Shown: piece after piece, positions 42,048 through 56,209 of the stretch | How positions within the stretch are numbered: position 1 is the stretch's first letter | Layout: every line of letters starts with the position of its first letter | Assembly: GCA_951406725.2 (NCBI GenBank) | Contig: OX597826.1 | Span: 56,048,001 to 56,112,000 of the forward strand | DNA: 64,000 nucleotides | Reading direction: 5' to 3' | Source: Octopus vulgaris | Lineage: Eukaryota | The notes under the pieces: model-generated | What the model was told of the DNA's origin: nothing | Seen by the model: the letters and a program-made list of their open reading frames with translations, nothing else | Databases searched by the model: none | Made by a program: the position numbers and the translations under genes

Positions 42048-42458
42048 CCCTTTTTACCCTTTTTCTTGTTTCAGTCATTTGACTGCGGTCATGCTGGAGC
42101 ACCGCCATTAGTCGAGCAACTCGACCCCGGGACTTATTCTTTGTAAGCCCAGTACTTATTCTATCGGTCTCTTTTTGCCGAACCGCTAAGTGATGGGGAC
42201 ATAAACACACCAGCATCGGTTGTCAAGCAATGCTAGGGGGACAAACACAGACACACAAACATATACACACACACTTATATATATATACATATATACGACA
42301 GGCTTCTTTCAGTTTCCGTCTACCAAATCCACTCACAAGGCATTGGTCGGCCCGGGGCTATAGCAGAAGACACTTGCCCAAGATGCCACGCAGTGGGACT
42401 GAACCCGGAACCATATGGTTTGTTAGCAAGCTACTTATCACACAGCCACTCCTGCGCC
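42048..42458 (-). mobile_element. SINE family A, full length
   Basis: Reverse complement of the 12499 copy. Confidence 0.9.
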
Positions 42459-42789
42459 TATATATTTGAAATAATTATGAACTTCATTTAATACTTTGAC
42501 TTTAATTTGATGTGGAAGAATGTTAGGACACTTTATTTAGTTCAATGAGTTTTCATGTAAAATTCTGTTCGATCCAGAAATATGATACTTTCTGAGGGGC
42601 CTGATCCTACCCGCCATTGATGGTTACCTACTTCCTATCACGTTTATACGTAAAAAAATGGAATTTTATTATGCCCTGATCAGTTGAAAATCCTCACGCA
42701 ATATCCTTTTCGAATTGCTAAATGTGACTTCTAAAAATATGAGATTTATATACATAATCCGCTACAGATATTGGCACTGATATACTAGA

Positions 42790-43003
42790 TGGAGGCGCGT
42801 GACTTTTTGGCTAGGGTGTTAGACTCATGATCGTAAGATTGTGGTTTCGATTTCTGGGCCAGGTGAGACGTTATGTTCTTGAGTAAAACTTCATTTCAGT
42901 TGCTCCACTCCACTCAGCTGGCAAAAATTAGTAACGCTGCGAGTGACTGGCGTCCCGTCCAGGTGAGGCATATGTGTGCCATGAAACCTGGAAACCGGCC
43001 TTC
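42790..43003 (+). mobile_element. SINE head H2 + tail T2
   Basis: CACTCAGCTGGCAAAAAT joined to GTAACGCTGCGA..GACTGGCGTCCCGTCCAG. Confidence 0.7.
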
Positions 43004-43916
43004 AAGAGAAAGTAACTTTACCTTTTGTTTTTATACAGATTATGAAGTAACATCCTTTTAAGACATCCTGCATGGATCAATAAATTACTTCCCCTTCTGG
43101 ATCATTATTACTTGCATGAAGCTAAGCAATAGCCTACAACAGGCTGAAAAGGGCTGACCACCCCTACACCCGCTCACAGGTGGTGCAGTGAAATTTCCCT
43201 GCAGTGAATTGATGACAGTGATCTTACCGGACATGCCTTGAAACTCCCAAAACTGGCCCCATTCACTACTGGATGCAGTTCTAGGACTATAACAGAAGAG
43301 CTTATGTAATTTGTGTCAAATGTGTAAAATAAAAAATTATTCGAAAAAAAAAACATAAATATCTGCCCTTTTTTTTTTTTTTTTTTTGATACTACAAAAA
43401 CAGCAAAAATCCTTTGTTCTCTTCCACACCATGAACAACGGGTAGTCAAGAGCACAAAAATGGTTCTCGAATTTCTTGCGTTGATCACGATCCCTAAACT
43501 ACACTGTTCTGTCGTATTAACGGTTTAAATACTTAACTACCTCCTGGTTCGGATAAATGTCATTGTCTGAATTTGAATGTTAATTTGAACTAGAAAGATC
43601 CAGGCTTTCGGCTCTTTGATAGTCACAAATTATCAGATCAAGTGATCTCTTTTATCTTTTACTTGTGTCAGTCATTGAACAGCAGCAGCCAGGCAGGATC
43701 AACACCTTGTAAGATTTTAGAGTCTAATGCTCTCTTTTACCGAATCGATAAGATACTGGGACGTAAAAAAACTAATCCATAGCGAAGTGATGCTGTGGGA
43801 CAAACATAAACATGGGTGAGAACATAGTTTCCACATAGTTTCTCTGTACCGTGGGTCCATGTACCCATGGATTTGGGGGTTTTTTTGGTGGGGGGGCGCT
43901 CTGTACATATATGCAC

Positions 43917-44219
43917 GAAGGTGCATGGCCTAGTGGTTAGGATATTGCATTCACGATCGCGAGATCGTGGGTTCGATTCCCAGACCAGGCGTTGCGTTGT
44001 ATTCTTGAGCAAACCAGTTCATTTCACGTTGCTCTGCGATCATTTTGACAACATTTGACATGTGGCACCCAGTTGCACCTGTACAGGTAATGTCGTTTCT
44101 ATGGAATGAAGGAGCTTATTTCTACAAAAACATTTGATTATAACAAAAAAACATCGGTGTGGTTGTTCCTTAAGAACTTGTCGAACCTTCATATGTCGAC
44201 TAACGACGGGAGAGTCCAT
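43917..44219 (+). mobile_element. SINE head H2 + tail T5
   Basis: GAAGGTGCATGGCCTAGTGGTTAGG...GGTTCGATTCC, distinct tail. Confidence 0.7.
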
Positions 44220-44232
44220 GATATATATATAT

Positions 44233-45180
<948 letters not shown>

Positions 45181-46059
45181 TGTATCGTGAACAGGAATTA
45201 ATCTTCTCTCTTCGCTCTTATACGCCATTTGGTCTCAACTCTCCCCCTCCTCATCTAACCCCCTCTCCCCCTCCTCACCTATCCTTTCTCCCCCCGACCC
45301 CTACTTCTTCAGTCCTTCATCCTTTCACCCCTACTCCCCCTTCCCTTCTTCCCTCTTTCTCCCTCCCTCTTCCCCTTCCCTCTGCTCCCTCACTCCCTCT
45401 CTCCCCTTCTCTCTCCCCCTCTCCCTCTTTCCTCCTTCATCCCCCTCATCCCCTTCCTTCTCCCCCATCCTCTCCTCTCCCTCTTCTTCCCCTCCCCTTC
45501 TCTCCCCCTCTTCTCCCCCTCCCCCTCTTCTCCTCACTACACACATGACTTTACACATCACATCACATATGATGTGCCATACTAATACACACACCAACTA
45601 ATACATACTAATACGTACTAATACATACTAGTACATACTAATACTTACACCAACCCTATACATACACACGTCCAGACCTCTCATACGCACTTATACTCTC
45701 TCTCACACACACACACACACCTATACATACCAATACGTACTAATACATACTAATACATACTAATACATACGCACGTCCAGACCAATCTTACGCACTAATA
45801 CTCTCTCATACACACACACACACCCTTATACATACTAATACATACACCAACCCTATACATACACACATCCAGACCCCTCCCACGCACTTTTAGCTGGTCC
45901 CTCAACCCCTTTATCAACCCTATTATCTCCCCTTATTTCGCTCTCGCGTCTCATGTTTGATCTTTGACCTCTGGCCGAAATCAGATCGCCATGTTGATTC
46001 GTTAGCTACTGCACGCATTTTTTTCTCTCCTTCTTTCTGTGTTTTTCTCTCTCTGTGTA

Positions 46060-46097
46060 TCTTTCTGTTGAAGAGCGTAGGCTCGAAACGTTAAAGA
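46060..46097 (+). ncRNA. Variant minimal hammerhead-like motif in pLTR (copies 50528-50565 +, 27288-27325 -)
   Basis: TCTTT-CTGTTGAA-GAGC(GTAG)GCTC-GAAACGT-T-AAAGA. Confidence 0.55.
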
Positions 46098-46817
46098 CTT
46101 GTTTTATTTATATTTCCTGAGCGCCATACTAATACAATTGTTCGTTTGTTTTCCACCTGCCTTCGTCTTTTGTTTATTTTCATAAAGCTTCCCGTTATAT
46201 ATTATGCGCTCACGTGGTCTCACTTTCATCCTATATTCTACCAATACCACTATCAACACTTACCTCTACCTTGGATTTTCTTTACCTCTTGGATACTTAC
46301 CATTGGCTGCACCTCTCTTTCGCGGATCAAAGTGACTTTGCATTGATGTGAAATCCTTAAAAAATATACCACGACGTCTACACATTTCTCACCTTGAACT
46401 TTCAACCTTGAACTTGTTCGCATAAACTGTCCCGTTTGTTGTATTTTTATTTCTTCTTATATTACCACTTTTTTTACATTCATTTCATGCTTCCCACATT
46501 TTCCTGAATTTTTGTTCTCCTTTCCGTCTTTCTTCCCTCTCTGGATGTCCATACTCCGTTTCCTCTGCCTGCACCCCCCTTTTTTTGCCTCCCCCTCTCT
46601 CTGCTTCCCTTCTTTCTTTCCCTTTTCCGTTTGCCCCGTCTTTTCTGCCCCTATCGCTTACTTATCTAGTTTTTTCATACGATTATTATTTTTTTGTTTT
46701 TTTGAACGTTTGTTTTTTCCCCTTTTTTCGCTATCCTTTTTTTCTATTTTTTTCATACGATAATTTTTGTTTTTTGTTTTTTTTGTTTTTTCGAACGTTT
46801 TTTTCCGCTATCCCATC

Positions 46818-49800
46818 ATGCCGGATCCTAGGTCCTACCTCCTCACCCTCCATCACCGTTTGAAGGATCATCTACGTTCGCTTCCTGTATATTGCCTTCA
46901 GCCGTCCGTTAATCTCTCTCTACTTCTTTTTAAAAAAACCCGCTTCTCTAGCCATGTCTCTTTCCTAAGCCGCTGCCTACATCACCGACTCATCCCTAAA
47001 GGTTTCCGCCTCCACTTCCACCCTGCTCTCCACTCGGATTCTTCCATCTTACCCATACTCCGCACCACATCTTACCGCCTTATGCGGGCCACCATTCGCT
47101 CCAATCTCTCCAAACTACATGCCATCAACCGCCTTCTTCCTCCTGCTTTCTCCACCTTCTTCTCCTCTCTGCCGCCTCTCTATGCTCCAAACACGCTACG
47201 CTTCATTATCCATTTGAATCAACTCTTCCATCAATTTCTTTCTGATACCAAACTTCGTAAACTCCAATCACTCTTCCATTCCACCCTACCCGACGCCACT
47301 ACCCCAACTCCTCCACCACCCTTCTCCCCTCCCGATAGGCTCCATCCACCCACACCTAACCCCATTGCCCCTCCCTACAACCCCTTCTCCCCTCCCGTTA
47401 GGCTCCATCCACCTACACCTAACCCTACTGCCCCGCCCAACCACCCCCCACACACCTCCTCCAATCCCTCCCCCTCAGACCTCCCCGAGACCTACCACCC
47501 CTCCTACTTCTATTCCATCCACCCCTTCTCCACTTCCGTCTGTTGTTACCATTCCTCCCGATCTTCCCCTCTCTGCGGCTGAACGCTCCGTCCTTGGTAG
47601 GGGTCTGCGTTTCATCCCCCTCACTCCATCCTGTAAGGAATTCCAGACGCGAGTTGATGTCCACAGCTTTGTGCGCCGTGTCCGGTTGGGTGCGCATTAC
47701 CACGACTCGCCACCCACACCCAACGAAGAGGACGACTGCTTCACTGGCCTGGGCCGCCGACCATCCCCGTGGACGCCTGCCCTGGCCAGATCCTAGCAGT
47801 GGATCTTTTCGCGGGCGCTTGTCAGCGTGCATTGGAGCGGTTCAACTTCTCCAGGCGCCAACGCCGCCTCAACATCTCCCCGGCTGAGCTCTTGGCTCTT
47901 CGTTCCCTCCAACGGCGCGCTGACATTATCATCAAACCGGCTGACAAGGGTGGAGCTGTAGTGGTGTGGCGCGCGGACCTCTATAGGGCCGAGGCTTTCC
48001 GCCAACTCAATGACACCTCCTTCTATTCCCCTCTGCCCTCTAACCCCACACGTAGCTACCAACAGACGGTATCCTCTACTGTCCAAGACCTCATCTCGTC
48101 CTCCCGTCTCCCCCGCACCGCATCCAACCTAATTGTGCGAACCCCACGTACCCCCACCATTTACTTCCTCCCCAAAATCCACAAACCCAACAACCCTGGC
48201 CGCCCCATCGTCTCCGCCTGTAACTGCCCCACGGAGCTCATCTCTAAATACCTCGACCGTGTCCTTGCCCCCCTAGTGGCATCTCTTCCCTCCCACATCC
48301 ACGATACCAACCATGCTCTCCGGCTTTTCAACTCTTTCTCCTTTCCTCCCGGCTCCTCCAAAATCCTTTTTACTATGGACATCCAAAGCCTCTATACTGT
48401 TATCCCTCACCACGAAGGACTGCAGGCCCTTCGACACTTTCTTGACCTCCGCTCTAACCCTGTACCTGACACCTCCACACTCATTCGTCTGGCCGAACTT
48501 GTCCTTACTCTGAACTGCTTCTCGTTCGCGGGCGAGTTCTACCATCAGGTCTCGGGAGTGGCCATGGGAACGCGAATGGGCCCCAACTATGCGAACCTGT
48601 TCGTTGGCTATGTTGAGGCCCAAATATTCTCTAATTTCACTGGTCCCACTCCTGAACTATATGGTCGTTATATTGACGACATTATCGGTGCCACCTCACT
48701 CTCCCGCGAACATCTAGATTCCTTCCTCTCTTTCGTCCAATCTTTCCATCCAGCCCTCCACTTCACTTCCACTATCTCCAACACCTCTGTCTCCTTCCTC
48801 GACATTTCGGTTAGCATTCTTCACTCCACTCTTACCACCTCCATTCACTACAAACACACAGACTCACACTCATACCTCAACTTCTCTTCCTCCCACCCAG
48901 AACACACCAAGCTTTCCATCCCCTATTCCCAATTCCTCCGTCTACGTAGGCTCTGTAGTGACGACCATGACTTTGAGACTCAGTCTCAACGTATGGCTCA
49001 CCACTTCACCCTACGTGGATACCCCCTCACCACTATCCACACCGCCCTTGCCAGAGCACGGTCCGTGGACCGTGTATCTGCTCTCTCTCCCCGAACCCGC
49101 CCTGTAGTCTCCCGCCTCCCTTTTCCCCTCACTTACCACCCCACGACCCTACGTCTCCAACGCACCATTCTTCGAGCTTTCCGTCATCTCCAGTCCGACC
49201 CGTCCACTTCACACCTCTTCCCTAACCGACCCCTCCCCTCTTTCAAACGAGCCCACAACCTTCGAGACCTTTTGGTCCATAGCTCCTTCCCTGACCCTAC
49301 CTCCCAACCCGGCTCGTTCCCCTGCTCCCGCCCACGTTGCCGCACTTGCCCTTACCTCTCCAACACCACCCGCCTCACTAGCACCCACCATCGACCCTAT
49401 CCCATCATCCACTCCTTCACCTGCACCTCCAGCAATATTATCTATTGCATCTCTTGCTCTCTCTGCAATTCCTTGTACATCGGACAAACGGGACGCCGCT
49501 TGGCTGACCGGTTCGAGGAACACCTTCGTGACATCCACCTTGCGAACGACACACCGGTCTCACGCCATTTCCGCTCCACCGGTCACTCCTTGCAACACCT
49601 ATCTGTGTTCGGTTTGTCCTTACACAGAGGCCATCCGGATTCCCGTTTGCGCCGTGAACAGGAATTAATCTTCTCTCTTCGCTCTTATACGCCATTTGGT
49701 CTCAACTCTCCCCCCTCCTCATCTAACCCCCTCTCCCCCTCCTCACCTATCCTTTCTCCCCCCGACCCCTACTTCTTCAGTCCTTCATCCTTTCACCCCT

Positions 49801-50015
49801 ACTCCCCTTCCCTTCTTCCCTCTTTCTCCCTCCCTCTTCCCCTTCCCTCTGCTCCCTCACTCCCTCTCTCCCCTTCTCTCTCCCCCTCTCCCTCTTTCCT
49901 CCTTCATCCCCCTCATCCCCTTCCTTCTCCCCCATCCTCTCCTCTCCCTCTTCTTCCCCTCCCCTTCTCCCCCCCCCTCTTCTCCCCCTCCCCCTCTTCT
50001 CACTACACCACATGA
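46818..50015 (+). CDS. PLE polyprotein: N-terminal domain, reverse transcriptase, Cys linker, GIY-YIG endonuclease (two compensating frameshifts at ~47440 and ~47780)
   Basis: FLSRC...LIPKGF; LS..E..VLGRGLRFIP; KPADKGG; LPKIHK...PGRPIVS; MDIQSLYT; GVAMG; RYIDD; CSRPRCRTC; IIYCISC..C..LYIGQT; RFEEH; REQELI...GLN. Confidence 0.92.
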
Positions 50016-50663
50016 CTTTACACATCACATCACATATGATGTGCCATACTAATACACACACCAACTAATACATACTAATACGTACTAATACATACTAGTA
50101 CATACTAATACTTACACCAACCCTATACATACACACGTCCAGACCTCTCATACGCACTTATACTCTCTCTCACACACACACACACACCTATACATACCAA
50201 TACGTACTAATACATACTAATACATACTAATACATACGCACGTCCAGACCAATCTTACGCACTAATACTCTCTCACACACACACACACACCCTTATACAT
50301 ACTAATACATACACCAACCCTATACATACACACATCCAGACCCCTCCCACGCACTTTTAGCTGGTCCCTCAACCCCTTTATCAACCCTATTATCTCCCCT
50401 TATTTCGCTCTCGCGTCTCATGTTTGATCTTTGACCTCTGGCCGAAATCAGATCGCCATGTTGATTCGTTAGCTACTGCACGCATTTTTTTTCTCTCCTT
50501 CTTTCTGTGTTTTTCTCTCTCTGTGTATCTTTCTGTTGAAGAGCGTAGGCTCGAAACGTTAAAGACTTGTTTTATTTATATTTCCTGAGCGCCATACTAA
50601 TACAATTGTTCGTTTGTTTTCCACCTGCCTTCGTCTTTTGTTTATTTTCATAAAGCTTCCCGT

Positions 50664-51030
<367 letters not shown>

Positions 51031-51321
51031 GGACTTAATATACATGTCTGTAATCACTTGCGCTTGTCTACCTTTATTGCTCTCTCTTTCATCTTTCTAT
51101 ATAATGTATATACATACATGCACGCATATGTTTGTGTACGTATGTATGTATAATGTCCTTATATATGTATGTGTGTATGCGCATGCAGAAAGTGAGCAAG
51201 AGAGAGAGAGAGACAGGCAGAAGGATTCAAACAGGAAAATGATATAGCAAGGTAGACATTCGTAATATAAATTCTATGATTCTAGACATGTTTCTTATCA
51301 CTCCAACATATATACAATGTG

Positions 51322-51742
51322 GTCGTGGCACTCCGTCGTTTACGACGACGAGTATACCAGTTGAGCCGATCACTGTAACAGCCTGCTCGTGAAATTAACG
51401 TGCAAGTGGCTGAGTACTCCACAGGCACGTGTACCCCTAACGCAGTTCTCAGAGAGTTTCAGCGTAACAGAGAGTGTGACAAGGCTGGCCCTTTGAAATA
51501 CAGGTACAACAGAAACAGGAAGAAAGAGTGAGGGATAGTCGTGGTGGAAGAGTACAACAGGGTTCGCCACCACTCCCTAACGGAGCCTCGTGGAGCTTTA
51601 GTTGTTTTTGCGCAATAAACACTCACAACGTCCGGTCACAATAAACACTCACAACGTCCGGTCACAATAAACACTCACTACGAAACCGCAATCCTACGAC
51701 CGCGAGTCCGCTGCCCTAACCACTGGGTCATTGCGCCTCCAC
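51322..51742 (-). mobile_element. SINE head H1 + tail T1, with internal 26-bp tandem repeat
   Basis: H1 head at 51680-51742; CAATAAACACTCACAACGTCCGGTCA x2.5; T1 tail. Confidence 0.85.
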
Positions 51743-52178
51743 ATACAATGTGATAACTTCCAATAATCACCTCAACAAAGGAAAGGCATTGTCCACTCTG
51801 TTTCCTCTTCATTAATTAATATTTCTATTACTGGGTGGTAGGGGCAGTACTTGTGTGTGTGTGGATACATGGGAACGTTGGTACACGTCTCCATTTTGGA
51901 TGAGTCTTGTTAACCCGCAAATAAAGAATGTTTTTCCGGGAATACGGTTTTGAGCACTCGCTCTCACTGTTCGATATTTGCGCCTATATATGCACGTGCG
52001 TATGTGGTGTTTGTGTGTGCGCACGTGTGCGTGTCTGCGCGTGCGTAAAATACATGTTAATATGTATATAAGGGGGCTGTGTAGGTTATGTAAGATTGCG
52101 TATGTACATATGTGTACCCGCTTGTATACACCCACCCACACACACACACACAGGCACACACATATATATACTGAATGA

Positions 52179-52407
52179 AGGCGGCGAGCTGGCAGAACCC
52201 TTAGCACGCCGGGCGAAATGCGTAGCCGTATTTCGTCTACCGTTACGTTCCGAGTTCAAATTCCGCCGAGGTCGAATTTGCCTTTCATCCTTTCGGGGTC
52301 GATTAAATAAGTACCAGTTACGCACTGGAGTCGATATAATCGACTTAATCCTTTTGTCTGTCCTTGTCTGTCCTCTATGTTTATCCCCTTGTGGGTAGTA
52401 AAGAAAC
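52179..52407 (+). mobile_element. SINE family C, full length
   Basis: GGCGGCGAGCTGGCAGAA head to GTGGGTAGTAAAGAAACAT. Confidence 0.9.
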
Positions 52408-52748
52408 ATATATATATACTGAATGCTTGAAATGAGGAGTAGATAGACTGACTGCAACCGAGGAAGGGTCTTTCTCTGTGTTTACTTGTCCTGCTTTCCA
52501 TTTTTTTTCTCGTTGTTTGCGTATTTCACACGTTTTTCCCATGTTTGTTTACGTATGTCAAGTTATTTGCACCGTTGGTGAAGTCCTGCACTAATATATG
52601 CATGTATACAGATGTATATGTGTGTGTGTATGTGTGCGTCTGTGTGTCTTTGTGTGTGCATTATTTAATTGAACGCGATGCATCCACTTCCAAGTATATG
52701 TATGTATATATATGTATATATATATATATAATGTATATATATATATAC

Positions 52749-52805
52749 ATTTTTTCATTTTATCTAGTTTCAGCTCACGAGCTGTGGCCATGCTGGGGCA
52801 CCGCC
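52749..52805 (-). mobile_element. Extreme 3' tip of CR1-type LINE
   Basis: GGCGGTGCCCCAGCATGGCCACAGCTCGTGAGCTGAAACTAG matches 27111-27152. Confidence 0.65.
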
Positions 52806-52856
52806 ATTCGTATATATACGCATGTAAATAGAAAGATAGATAGATATGTATATGTA

Positions 52857-52894
<38 letters not shown>

Positions 52895-52908
52895 CACACA
52901 TACATATA

Positions 52909-52964
<56 letters not shown>

Positions 52965-53303
52965 TACATGCATACATACATACCAGCTTACATACATACA
53001 TATACAAGTGTTTTCGTTAGAGTGTATATGCGTAACTATATATGAACACTCTTGTATAGGTCTGCTTACATGGGTATGTTTATATGTCTGTGTGTGTATG
53101 TATATATATGTAACGTGCATACATTCGTAAGTTCGTAAGTGTGTATTTGAGATAAAGGACGAGAGAATTAAGTGCGATAACTGTATAACTTATTTGCATG
53201 AGGCTAAATATATAAATATGTATGTAGTTAGCTGCATAACATGTATGTATGAATGTGTGCATACACATATATATAATAGATACCTACATATATATATATA
53301 TAC

Positions 53304-53361
<58 letters not shown>

Positions 53362-53521
53362 GCGTGTATATATATACATACACACACATACAAGCACGTG
53401 CACTTGCACTGAATGGTAATAGAACATATACACACATGCATGTTTGCACGTGTGTGTATATCTATACATATATACATATATATGTATATATATATATATA
53501 AATATATATAAACATACATAC

Positions 53522-53622
<101 letters not shown>

Positions 53623-54074
53623 ATACACACACGCACACACGTATACATTCACATATACATGTGAATACATAGACGCACACATATGCCGGATGATAATACA
53701 GACATCGCTGATTATCAGCTCTTACATAAGCTTTTCTCCAACGTTTTACGACTGAATGAAGGCAACGTGGAAAAAAAAAGAAAAGAAAATTGCACGGTAG
53801 AGGGGGCGCTGTAATCGTTTTGATCTACTAATGAAAATAATGAATCAAAAATAAAAACAATATAAAAAAGAAATGATACCCCGCCTTCCACCCGACTAAA
53901 ATTAAAGAACAAAATAGAATGTTTTTCCCTATAAATGTAACACCAACTGATAGTTTTGTTTTTCCTTTCGTTCTAATCGTTTCTCGTGCAAATAGGGTGG
54001 AGTGGAGGTGAGGAAAGGGGCGATGTGAGAGGAGGGTGAATACCCTGGGTTTGCATGACATTTTCGTCCACGCA

Positions 54075-54838
54075 ATCACCACCGCCGCCACCACCACCAC
54101 CACAAACAACAACAACACCGCCACCACCATTACCACCGTCACTAATACCAACTCCACCATCACCTCTGCAGCCTTTTCTAATTTCTGTTCCTTCTTCTCC
54201 TTCTTCTTCTTCTTCTTCTTCTTCTTCTTCTTCTTCTTCTTCTTCTTCTTCTTCTCCCCCTCCTCCTCCTCCTCCTCCTCCTTCTTCTTCTTCTTCTTCC
54301 TCCTCCTCCTCCTCCTTCTTCTTCTTCTTCTTCTCCTTTTCCTCCCCTCTTCTTAATTTTCTTTATTTTAGTTTATTCTTGTTTCTCTTCATCTTCTCAT
54401 ACTACTACTACTACTTATACTAATACTACTACTACCTCCACTTCATCGTCCCATCACCTCCCTCCTCCTCTCCCTTTCCCCTCCTCCTCCTCCTCCTCAT
54501 CATCATCATCATTATCATCATCATTGTCATCGACAACGTCGTGGCCGTTTTCGTGGTCGTCATCATTGTCATCATCATAAGTATCGTTGTCCGACATCGT
54601 CATCACCATCACCATCATCATCACCATCAACATCAGCAGCAGCATCATCACCATCAACATCAACATCATCATCATCACCACCATCATCATCATCATCATC
54701 ATCATCACCACCACCACCAGATCATCATCATCATCATCATCATCATTATCAATATTGGAAACTGTCATCATCATCGTCATCGTCATCGTCGCCGTTGTCG
54801 TTGTCGTTGTCTTCGTCGTCATCGTCATCACCGTCGTT

Positions 54839-54872
<34 letters not shown>

Positions 54873-55250
54873 ATATTGGAAACTGTCGTCATCATCGTCA
54901 TCGTCGTCGTCGTCATCACCATCGTTATCATCATCATCAACATCATCATTATCGGCTGCGTCAGCGGTGGTCGCGGCGTCGGCGTCGGTCGCGACAGCGT
55001 CTTTGTATCCGTTAACGACGTCGACGTCACCGTCGTTGTTTATTTGTCGTCGTCGTCGTCGTCGTTGTCGTCGCAGTCATCCTTTATCATGATTATCAGC
55101 ATGGTCGTCCCCCCTCCACCGTCGTCCTCGACGTCGTCATCACCCTTCGTTATTACCCGTCGTCGGCTTCGTCGTATCCTTTGTCCTCGGCATCGTCGCT
55201 GTTGTTGCCCCTCATCGCCGCCGCCGTCGACGTTTTTCGTTGTCGTTTCG
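54075..55250. repeat. Trinucleotide low-complexity field ((CAC),(TTC),(CAT),(CGT))n with ~120-bp duplication
   Basis: ATCAATATTGGAAACTGTC occurs twice. Confidence 0.9.
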
Positions 55251-55661
55251 ATACAGAGATGAAGAGATATTTCAAAATTATTCGGTCACCAATGCTTTCA
55301 GGGTAAGCATGGAGTAAAAGAGTGTAAACATCTTGAATATTACAAATAAAAGTACATAAATACACACGTATAAATTATACAAACATCTTTACAGACATGC
55401 ATATTTATACATTCATGCATTCATACGTGCACACATGCACGCATGCATACATACATACATACATACATACATACATACATACATACATACATACATGCAT
55501 GCATACATACATACATGTGTGTGTGTGTGCGTAGGTTTGTATGCATAGGCATGCTTGCGAATGCATGTATATGCACGTGTGTGAGTGTCTGCACGTGTAT
55601 ATGCATACATATATCTATACATATATATGTATATGTATGTGTATATATATGTATACATACG

Positions 55662-55704
<43 letters not shown>

Positions 55705-55769
55705 GTATATATATACATATGTATATATATGTATATATATATATACATATATACATATACATATATATG

Positions 55770-55807
<38 letters not shown>

Positions 55808-56209
55808 TTTACACATATATATATATATGCTTATATATATATATACATATATATGTAAACATGTATACACTTCTATGTATACACATGCATACAACAATAT
55901 GTATGTATATCAATGTATGTATATTTATATATATGTACAAATATATATACATCTATATACACACATATATAAAACATTCTTATATATACACACATAAGTA
56001 TTTATAAGTGTGTGTGTATATATATACATCCATCCATCTATACATTCATTGCTATATATAAGAGGTATTGAGTATATATTCATACATACGGGCAATTTTC
56101 TATTTATCCTCCATTTTTCTCTGATGTTTGTTTTCGTGTTTTTAATATGATGTTTTTTTTCAGTGGGGTGGGGAGGCTGTTCTTATTTTACATCTTATAT
56201 TTAAATATT

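Larger units (their letters stand above)
45186..50665 (+). mobile_element. Penelope-like retroelement (Neptune-type) with tandem pseudo-LTRs 45186-46200 and 49653-50665
   Basis: ~1-kb near-identical direct repeats overlapping the ORF end; RT + GIY-YIG ORF; (TA)n on both sides. Confidence 0.95.

Noticed and set aside
45186-46200. LTR retrotransposon LTRs
   Set aside because: No TG..CA ends, PBS/PPT, gag or integrase; the repeat overlaps the GIY-YIG ORF end, i.e. a PLE pseudo-LTR
46818-50015. Selenoprotein-type PLE or programmed frameshifting
   Set aside because: No in-frame TGA in conserved regions; shifts fall in C-runs and compensate, better explained by error or mutation
53790-53812. CTCF-like motif GGTAGAGGGGGCGCTG
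   Set aside because: Imperfect spacing; one short match is expected by chance
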